Of a DNA stretch of 14,431 nt, positions 8,034-14,431 are shown piece by piece. The notes beneath the pieces were generated by a model, which was not told the origin of the DNA, did no database searches, and saw nothing but the letters and a program-made list of their open reading frames with translations. Source of the stretch: Candidatus Nanohaloarchaea archaeon (GTDB lineage: Archaea; Nanohalarchaeota; Nanosalinia; Nanosalinales; Nanosalinaceae); assembly GCA_046497485.1 (NCBI GenBank), contig JAWOFP010000054.1, forward strand, positions 1-14,431, written 5' to 3'. The translations under genes and the position numbers were made by a program. Each line of letters opens with the position of its first letter. Position 1 is the first letter of the stretch.

Positions 8034-8479
8034 TGAGCTTACTCGAAACCATTTTAGGATTGCCAGAAGGAGTAGTCACAGCAATTCTTCTAGTTTCAAT
8101 TATACTAGCTGTAATGCTAGCATTCAAAGTCATGGAAATGGTGTTCGAAACTGTTACAATAGCAGCATTATCCGGAGCATTCTATGCAGCAATGATATAC
8201 TTATTCGGAGGCTCTTTCGCTTTCAACGACTTACTGCTTTTCTCATTCCTAGGAGCCTCACTCTACATGCTATACGGTTTCCTTATCACAGCTTTTACAG
8301 CGGCAGAGACTATTTTGAAGATTCCTTACAAGATTTTCATGGGGGTTTTCAGGCCTACTAAAAAGTACTCTAAGAAAGGTTACAGAGAGCTTAAAAAGAA
8401 AATTGAGAGAAGAAATGAGGAAGAAGTAGAGGAAAAGAAGAATAAGTCCACCAAAGAAGTTGTCCTGAACGATGACTGA
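8033..8479 (+). CDS. Hypothetical integral membrane protein (about 3 TM helices, charged C-terminal tail)
   Basis: Hydrophobic segments across residues ~13-95; K/E-rich tail; TAATG overlap with the upstream gene. Confidence 0.8.
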   Translation: MSLLETILGLPEGVVTAILLVSIILAVMLAFKVMEMVFETVTIAALSGAFYAAMIYLFGGSFAFNDLLLFSFLGASLYMLYGFLITAFTAAETILKIPYKIFMGVFRPTKKYSKKGYRELKKKIERRNEEEVEEKKNKSTKEVVLNDD

Positions 8480-8483
8480 AAAC

Positions 8484-9032
8484 TTATTTTAATTCTCCAA
8501 TTAAACGATCTATTTCTTCTTTTGTCGGGTTTGCCCGGCTAATCATTTGTTTGAGAATCGGTCCAAATTCTTCTTTAATGAAATTTAGTCTCAAACTATC
8601 AACTCCGCTTTCTTTTGATTTATAGGCCTCATACATTAAAACGGATGCAGCATGACTGAGATTTAACGATTCATAATCTGCGTCAATATGAACTACGGTA
8701 TCACATATTTCTAGTTCTTCCTTGGTGAGACCTGAACTTTCCCTACCCAGCATTATTGAGGTATTTTCCCTGAACTCAAACTCTTTGGAACTTATACCTT
8801 TTCCTGGTTTGGTGCCTATCACAAAGTCTAAGCCTTCTATTGCTTTTTCAAGATCATCAAATATTTTAGCGTCCCTAAGCTTTTCTTGAGCGTTATTTGC
8901 TGTGGTCCTGGATTCTTTCAAGTTAAACTGAGGCCTTACTAACCTTATACCGAAATCGAAGTTTTCAGATAGTCTTGCGATAAAACCTATGTTCTCAGCG
9001 CTTTCCGGCTCTACAACTATAACCGCTCTCAC
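8484..9032 (-). CDS. trmJ: SPOUT (TrmH/TrmJ family) tRNA 2'-O-methyltransferase
   Basis: VEPESAENIGFIARL, GRESSGLTKEELEICD, YESLNLSHAA motifs; GTG start. The subfamily assignment is inferred. Confidence 0.85.
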   Translation of the reverse strand: MRAVIVVEPESAENIGFIARLSENFDFGIRLVRPQFNLKESRTTANNAQEKLRDAKIFDDLEKAIEGLDFVIGTKPGKGISSKEFEFRENTSIMLGRESSGLTKEELEICDTVVHIDADYESLNLSHAASVLMYEAYKSKESGVDSLRLNFIKEEFGPILKQMISRANPTKEEIDRLIGELK

Positions 9033-9055
9033 ATATAACGAAGGATATCAAACGG

Positions 9056-9063
9056 TTTTATAT
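9056..9063. promoter_or_regulatory. Central TATA element of a 54-bp divergent promoter
   Basis: TTTTATAT / ATATAAAA lies 23 nt from each of the two divergent start codons (9032 and 9087). Confidence 0.5.
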
Positions 9064-9086
9064 GAACCTCTATCCAATATAGGGTT

Positions 9087-9752
9087 ATGGAAGGGAAAAT
9101 CGTTGCCGCAGTTTTTACAACTCTGGCAGTAGTATTTGCTGGAGTATCAGGCGGTAGCTCAGTAAATACTGAAGTTGATGAAGTATTACCTGAAGAAGAC
9201 TCTCCACTGAATAAAATCTCTTCCTCTTTCGGAATAATGGATAGCCTATTTGCTTTACCTGAGCCGGAGCATGAAGCAGTTATAGAGGTTAGACTGGATG
9301 AAACAACTGAGATAAACTTGAACGCTGATAGACTAGAGGTGGAAGGCCTTAGAGAGTTGAAAGGAGGTACAGGTATAAACTCTCAAAGTGATATAGGCCT
9401 GAGAGAGTTTGATGGCAATATATTAATGGGAGATCCGACTGAGATTATGGGTTCAGCCACAGGATTCTACACTGAAAACATGAATGTTTCCACAACAGTG
9501 CCTTTGAACCAAGAAGTAAATACTTCAAGCGTTCAAGCATACAACGTGTCAAACAATGCATACACTCTTTCCGCTACAGAAGTTGATATTGAAGCAGTCG
9601 GAAACGAGACAACCATCAGCAGAAGCAACACTGAATTAGAGATTACGGCCTTCGAAGGAGATATAGAGTTCAGGCCTGAGAACTTGACAATGATCTTTGA
9701 AGGAGAAGTCGCAGAAGCCAACGCAGGAAGTGCATCTTTCGGCGGGAACTGA
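9087..9752 (+). CDS. Hypothetical secreted or N-terminally anchored acidic beta-rich protein
   Basis: 221 aa; N-terminal hydrophobic segment KIVAAVFTTLAVVFAGVSGG; several NxS/T sequons; composition matches neighbours. Confidence 0.75.
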   Translation: MEGKIVAAVFTTLAVVFAGVSGGSSVNTEVDEVLPEEDSPLNKISSSFGIMDSLFALPEPEHEAVIEVRLDETTEINLNADRLEVEGLRELKGGTGINSQSDIGLREFDGNILMGDPTEIMGSATGFYTENMNVSTTVPLNQEVNTSSVQAYNVSNNAYTLSATEVDIEAVGNETTISRSNTELEITAFEGDIEFRPENLTMIFEGEVAEANAGSASFGGN

Positions 9753-9767
9753 TAATCTAAACTTTTT

Positions 9768-10553
9768 TTAGCTAATTTTTGAATCAATATCTCTGATAAT
9801 CCTTAAGGCCTTGAGATACTCGCCATTTAAAGCTTTTTCATCGGCATCAAGTAAATCTTTCAAAGATTCATTCCTTAATTTAGGGTCTTTCAGTTTTGTA
9901 GCCTTCTTCATTACGTTGTTGTTCTTCCTAATAACGATTTTTTCCAAAATGAAGGGAATGATATAGTAAATAGTAGCTAATAATATTAGTAAACCTAAAA
10001 CCAGGTTTATGAGTATGTTATCGGAGAATTTATCCAAATTATATTTTATGTTGTTGATAACAGTATTTTCACAGCTTTCAACTTTATAATCGGAGCTATC
10101 TGGTGATAGAACGATTTTACATTTTCCATTACTTCTGTAAAAATCCCAGGTAGAAGTCGATTCTAAACCGATAAGATAATACTTTCCTGGTTCATCAACA
10201 ATTATCTCAAATGAATCATTATTTGTGAATGTGTTTGTCGATTCTACTTTTTCTCCTTTAAATCCTGATACTGAACTTCTTGATATATTTTCATACCAGG
10301 ATCTATTGTCATCTATCTTAACAGTTATGGCCTGATTTTCTGACAAACCTTCTACATCAGCTTTGAATGAAAAAAATATTTCATTACCATTATCTTCAAT
10401 TTCAGGATTCTCTGCTGGAGAAATATTATAGGTTCCTTCAAAACTTCTTGGTTCTATCACTGAATACTCTGTATTAAAATCATTCTGGCCTAACACTGGG
10501 GAAATAAGCAAAACCAGCAATAATACTGATAGACAGATTTTTGATATATTCAT
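9768..10553 (-). CDS. Hypothetical single-pass membrane protein with signal peptide
   Basis: 261 aa; signal peptide (KICLSVLLLVLLISPVLG|Q); TM ILINLVLGLLILLATIYYIIPFIL; basic helical C-terminus; noticeably AT-rich DNA. Confidence 0.75.
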   Translation of the reverse strand: MNISKICLSVLLLVLLISPVLGQNDFNTEYSVIEPRSFEGTYNISPAENPEIEDNGNEIFFSFKADVEGLSENQAITVKIDDNRSWYENISRSSVSGFKGEKVESTNTFTNNDSFEIIVDEPGKYYLIGLESTSTWDFYRSNGKCKIVLSPDSSDYKVESCENTVINNIKYNLDKFSDNILINLVLGLLILLATIYYIIPFILEKIVIRKNNNVMKKATKLKDPKLRNESLKDLLDADEKALNGEYLKALRIIRDIDSKIS

Positions 10554-10612
10554 ATATTAACTTACTATTTGCTGAAAGATAAGATTTTCACTTCATCAAT
10601 TAATTAAAAAAG

Positions 10613-11887
10613 ATGGAGACCTCTTCAATTTCTATGATTAACACAATACTAAACATGGATTTCTCACAGATATTTGTAGCACTGCAAGTGCTTTCATTCC
10701 TACTGTTTTTCGTGATGATATTCTTCCTGCCCAAACTAATGGTATGGCAGGCGAATAGGAGGATTACTTCAGTCCTTACAGAGCTGAAGGCCTATCACAA
10801 TGATTCTGAGGAGTACTTCCTGCAGAATATGAAGCCTATAGATGGTTTTGAAGAGCGCTACAGATCCATGAAGAACTTCCAGTTCAGTCAGCCGACAGGC
10901 CTTGACCCTGCCGGAATGGTTGGAAGACTAGAGAATGTACTTGATGCTTCAGAAGGAAAGTTCAAGCGTTTTGTAAAGAAAAACGCAGAGACAGAAGATG
11001 AGGAAGAACTTGCTGATTTGAACATGGCGTTCAAAGGAGTTATGGGAACTCATCAGATTCACAAAGTTGTAGAGCATTTCCAGCAGTTGATTAAGAAGAC
11101 TAGAAATTTCCAGGTTGTTACACTGGTTCAGATGATGCTTCCGATCTACACAGAGTTAGCAGAATCTCAGAAGGGAGCAACTCGTGCATTTGCAGACAAT
11201 GCTCCGATTGGCGATACGATCGGACCATTAGTTGCAGCAAAGATGATTGAAGAAGAACCAGAAGAAATTTCAGAAAACATTGTACACAGTGAAGAAGAGA
11301 TCTCAGGTCAAAATGTTCACGTCGTAAAAAGTAAAGGTCCTGGTGCAAGACTTGGAAAGTATGGTGATGCACTAGAACAGATTTCGGAAGAAAACGATTT
11401 AGAAGCAATAATTACAGTAGACGCAGCCTCAAAGTTTGAGTCTGAAGAAACAGGAACAGTCAATGAAGGTATCGGCGTTATGATGGGAGGTCCCGGCGTA
11501 GAGAAATCAAAGATTGAAGAAGTAGCAACTGAACACAATATCCCTCTTGAAGGAGTAGTAATCAAGCAGTCCGCTCCTGAGGCCTCAAAGCCAATGAAAA
11601 AAGAGATCTTCAATGCTTGGAAACCTGCTATGAAGAAAGCAAAGGTTATCGCTTCAGAATTTGATGGAGATGTAGCAATTGTAGGAGTTGGAAACACTTG
11701 TGGAGTCGGAAACACCCGCAAATCGACAAATGGAGTCCACAATAAGCTCAGAAAATACTGGAAAGAATATGAAGAGCAGGAAGATGAGGATGTCTCTTAC
11801 ATGGGCTTGATGAGTATTATGGGAGGCCCGGACCAGTCACAGCAGAGAGATATGATCAACTCGGTGATCTGGAAAGGCCTGAGATGA
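10613..11887 (+). CDS. DUF1512 family membrane-anchored protein
   Basis: N-terminal TM; P..LDPAGMV.RLE, PIGDTIGPLVA, VVKS.GPG..LG, IITVDAA.K.E.E.TG...EG.GV.MGGPGVEK..IE, IVGVGNT.GVG motifs. True start may be the ATG at 10634, since an AT box lies at 10600-10610. Confidence 0.85.
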   Translation: METSSISMINTILNMDFSQIFVALQVLSFLLFFVMIFFLPKLMVWQANRRITSVLTELKAYHNDSEEYFLQNMKPIDGFEERYRSMKNFQFSQPTGLDPAGMVGRLENVLDASEGKFKRFVKKNAETEDEEELADLNMAFKGVMGTHQIHKVVEHFQQLIKKTRNFQVVTLVQMMLPIYTELAESQKGATRAFADNAPIGDTIGPLVAAKMIEEEPEEISENIVHSEEEISGQNVHVVKSKGPGARLGKYGDALEQISEENDLEAIITVDAASKFESEETGTVNEGIGVMMGGPGVEKSKIEEVATEHNIPLEGVVIKQSAPEASKPMKKEIFNAWKPAMKKAKVIASEFDGDVAIVGVGNTCGVGNTRKSTNGVHNKLRKYWKEYEEQEDEDVSYMGLMSIMGGPDQSQQRDMINSVIWKGLR

Positions 11888-11900
11888 TTCCTTAGGAAAT

Positions 11901-11908
11901 ATTTATAT
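11901..11908 (+). promoter_or_regulatory. Putative TATA box for the large secreted protein
   Basis: ATTTATAT at -33 to -26 from the ATG at 11934. Confidence 0.5.
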
Positions 11909-11933
11909 CCAGGGAGAGTAATATTAGTGTATT

Positions 11934-14431
11934 ATGAGTAAACGTCACTATCTTTCTCTGCTGTTTTTGTTAGTTCTTTTACCAATCGCTTCTGCTCAAG
12001 ATGACTTAGGATGGAGTGTTTCAATGGAACCATTCGATTCTGGAGAAAATACATACACTGAAAGATCTACAGTTCATGTTTGGTGTGATCCTAATGATCC
12101 TAGTTCCGAAGAATGTTCTACTTGGGATACAGCAGAGATTAATATGTGTGGTGAAGATTATCAAAAAGTTACAATAGAGGAGAGGACTTCTGCTAATACC
12201 CCATTTAATTACTCAGGTTCTATGCTTTTGGAACTGCCTGAAACATACACATGTGATACTGAAGAAATTACTATTGAAGCCTATGGCAGTGGAGGAGGAT
12301 CAGTATTTTTAGGCAGTACTACCTTCGAACTAAATCCAAAAGGAAATATAAATCCCCATATGGGGAAATATCTAATGGCTTCTTTAAACAAAGATGATGA
12401 AATGGAGTATTTCCATCTAACTAATGATAAAAACGAACTTGAAAACCTTGGTGATATAGATAACATTGAACCTGGAGATGTAATAGCTCTTAATAAGGAG
12501 TGTGGGAGCACACTACCTATTTGTGGTGGTGTTGATAGCTATTGGGAGACATTCAATGCAGATCTTGGCGCTACAGTCTCTGACGATGAAACTCTAAATT
12601 CATTTACATCGAATGATATCGATCATAAAACTGTAAATAGAGGATTTGATAGTAATATAGATGTTAGTTACAATTTCTTTGAAGATTTAAGTACTATAGC
12701 GCCAGTTAATGAAGATAGGTCTTATGTGCCTAAAGGAGATATCAAAGTAGGCACATTACCTATACATTATGACTCAAATGGCAACGAAATAGGAGGAGAT
12801 ACTGAGTATTTCTTTGTTTGTGAAGAAGATGCTAGAATGAAAAACGGTTTCGACGATGATGTGCCATTAGTAGTGAACACATCAGCTTCAGCTAATAATG
12901 AACTTTACAGATGCTCTCCAGATACAGGTGAATGGAATTCTGTAGACAGCTGTAACGACGGGCTCGATAATGATGATGACCAAGGAATAGATTCAGGTAA
13001 TTCTTATTATAATGGGAATTACAATACTGGATCTGACGAAGAATCCTGTGGAAACTCTATCAATAACAATGAATATGTCAGTAATGACTACGATGACTCG
13101 TGTGAAGAAGGGGTAAAATATGAAACAGTAAATGACCCTACTGGGGGGAGTTATAAGGCCTTAGTAGCGCAATATGAACAAGATGAGGGTTGCAGTACGG
13201 AAGGAACTATTGAAACAGGTGACGATATAATATATGACGCTTGGAAAGACTCGGTATCTTTCGAACCTCAAACTTACATGTGTGAAAATGATGAAGATAC
13301 AATTAATCCTGGACAATGCGCACGTGCTGAAGAAGATGATCCTGATATCTACGGAGTAAACGATATCTACGGAGTAAACGATAACGAATACGATGAAGTA
13401 GGAGTTGTAGAATACTACCCCGAAAGAGCTTATTTCAATCAGTATGAAGGAAGACTTAGTGATGGAGAAGTAATAGAAACAGGTTTTGTAGGAGATGAAG
13501 GATGGAAACCAAAATACGAGTCCTTATTCGAATCAAAGGATAAATATGCAGATTCTACTGTGTCAGTAGGAGGAGAGAACAACCTCTTCAGATATGAAAC
13601 ATGGGATGACAGGATTAGAAGCCCGGAAGTAGAAGAAGCATACAACAATACTGCTAACACATTTGGAAACCATAGTAAGGCCTGGAACTTTGCTAATGCA
13701 GGAGTAACTAACTCCAACGTCAGTTCAGCTGGTACTCCTTTCTCAGGCGGTTATTACGGGCTTTGTGAAGAACAAGAGGCCTGGCAAGATGCAAACAATG
13801 ACCCAAGTGACCCCGATTGGAGATGTAGTGGTGAGATTGAATGGGATCAAGCCGTTCATCTTCCAGAGTTTGAAGGCCCTGATCAAGACTCTCAGATGGA
13901 TGTAGGCCTAATTGTAATGGGATACAATAACCAAGATGAATGGAATGACTATGTTGATTACCCTGATAATGAAGATAGAACGCTTGGTTTTGACTCTGGT
14001 GAGGAGTTAAGACAGAACAATTTCAAAGGATGGATGAGTTATCCAATTGCCACAGAAGCTGCTTCACATAGGAATGAAGATACTCTGGATTACATGAATG
14101 CGACTTGCTGGGCTGGAGGACCTGATAACAGGCCTAATAGCTCTATTGAAAATGGCAACAATGAGGGAAGCCGTTACCTTGAATGGAACTTTGTAGATGT
14201 AAAGGAAGGAGTTCCTTACGGTGTAACAGGAAGGCTAGACAGTAGCTCTGATCAAGGATTTGATTTAGCTGAGTATGATGGTTACACATGTAACTGGGAG
14301 TATCAAACTGATTCAAGTGGAGCAGTCAATGTTTCAGGGGAAGTAAGAGAATTACATGCAATTTCAAGCGACTCAGGAACTTCCAATTTAAGCATTGCGG
14401 ACTGGTCCGCAGCAACCAGTATTGACCCTGA
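11934..14431 (+). CDS. Large secreted Asp/Asn/Cys-rich extracellular protein (partial, at least 832 aa, runs off the window)
   Basis: Manual translation from ATG 11934 (MSKRHYLSLLFLLVLLPIASA|QDDLGW...) stays open to the window end (...DWSAATSIDP). Signal peptide, scattered Cys and a CNDGLDNDDDQGID motif. Probably absent from the ORF track because it has no stop in the window. Confidence 0.88.
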   Translation, partial: MSKRHYLSLLFLLVLLPIASAQDDLGWSVSMEPFDSGENTYTERSTVHVWCDPNDPSSEECSTWDTAEINMCGEDYQKVTIEERTSANTPFNYSGSMLLELPETYTCDTEEITIEAYGSGGGSVFLGSTTFELNPKGNINPHMGKYLMASLNKDDEMEYFHLTNDKNELENLGDIDNIEPGDVIALNKECGSTLPICGGVDSYWETFNADLGATVSDDETLNSFTSNDIDHKTVNRGFDSNIDVSYNFFEDLSTIAPVNEDRSYVPKGDIKVGTLPIHYDSNGNEIGGDTEYFFVCEEDARMKNGFDDDVPLVVNTSASANNELYRCSPDTGEWNSVDSCNDGLDNDDDQGIDSGNSYYNGNYNTGSDEESCGNSINNNEYVSNDYDDSCEEGVKYETVNDPTGGSYKALVAQYEQDEGCSTEGTIETGDDIIYDAWKDSVSFEPQTYMCENDEDTINPGQCARAEEDDPDIYGVNDIYGVNDNEYDEVGVVEYYPERAYFNQYEGRLSDGEVIETGFVGDEGWKPKYESLFESKDKYADSTVSVGGENNLFRYETWDDRIRSPEVEEAYNNTANTFGNHSKAWNFANAGVTNSNVSSAGTPFSGGYYGLCEEQEAWQDANNDPSDPDWRCSGEIEWDQAVHLPEFEGPDQDSQMDVGLIVMGYNNQDEWNDYVDYPDNEDRTLGFDSGEELRQNNFKGWMSYPIATEAASHRNEDTLDYMNATCWAGGPDNRPNSSIENGNNEGSRYLEWNFVDVKEGVPYGVTGRLDSSSDQGFDLAEYDGYTCNWEYQTDSSGAVNVSGEVRELHAISSDSGTSNLSIADWSAATSIDP
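13344..13383 (+). repeat. Perfect 18-bp in-frame tandem duplication (GATATCTACGGAGTAAAC x2 + GATA)
   Basis: Copies at 13344-13361 and 13362-13379; encodes DIYGVN-DIYGVN-D. Confidence 0.95.

Larger units (their letters stand above)
76..14135. repeat. Dispersed, highly iterated palindrome AGGCCT (42 copies)
   Basis: Hand-counted starts: 76, 259, 578, 919, 1343, 1396, 1451, 1699, 1915, 3316, 3370, 3726, 3856, 4045, 4369, 4675, 4964, 5150, 5357, 5624, 5799, 6392, 6478, 6752, 7600, 7913, 8351, 8624, 8931, 9344, 9395, 9672, 9806, 10788, 10897, 11580, 11875, 13156, 13678, 13777, 13904, 14130. Confidence 0.93.

Noticed and set aside
24..8882. AAGCTT appears fairly often (about 10 seen)
   Set aside because: Only about 2-fold above a rough expectation and explainable by Lys-Leu AAG-CTT codon pairs.
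9753..10612. Direct repeats flanking the 9768-10553 gene
   Set aside because: Only short AT-rich partial matches were found; nothing comparable to the 15-bp repeat.
160..13717. Shadow ORFs in the track (160-378, 889-1158, 2805-2996, 2830-3033, 3314-3772, 3963-4169, 6038-6313, 7178-7543, 7981-8361, 9533-9787, 11118-11408, 11317-11742, 12281-12511, 13439-13717)
   Set aside because: All overlap better-supported genes, show antisense or off-frame-type composition, and have no recognisable motifs.
76..14135. Extension of AGGCCT to a longer consensus or 8-bp palindrome
   Set aside because: All four bases occur on each flank; 15 of 42 sites are 8-bp palindromes versus about 10-11 expected, which is too weak to claim.
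1..14431. tRNA, rRNA, SRP RNA or CRISPR array
   Set aside because: Intergenic spaces are short (at most ~165 bp) and AT-rich, with no cloverleaf, GC-rich stems or repeat-spacer periodicity; AGGCCT spacing is irregular.

Overview
AT-rich archaeal DNA encoding a strongly acidic proteome, with compact, mostly leaderless-looking genes. This is most consistent with a nanohaloarchaeon (DPANN), which is an inference. The left half is the conserved archaeal information-processing cluster: pus10 3' end, rpl21e, rpoF/rpo4, DUF655, rsmA/ksgA, then pyrG and a HemK2-type methyltransferase. The right half holds surface and membrane proteins, a TrmJ-like methyltransferase, a DUF1512 protein, and a large secreted Cys/Asp-rich ORF (11934 to the window end) that the ORF track misses. 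Two things stand out. (1) The palindrome AGGCCT occurs 42 times by hand count, roughly 20x the random expectation and in all three reading frames, like a HIP1-type highly iterated palindrome. (2) A 1150-bp cassette bounded by a perfect 15-bp direct repeat sits at the 3' end of rsmA. It carries one basic, AGGCCT-free gene resembling a stand-alone OspF/LanL-LanKC-type phosphothreonine lyase domain, with the catalytic His replaced by Arg.
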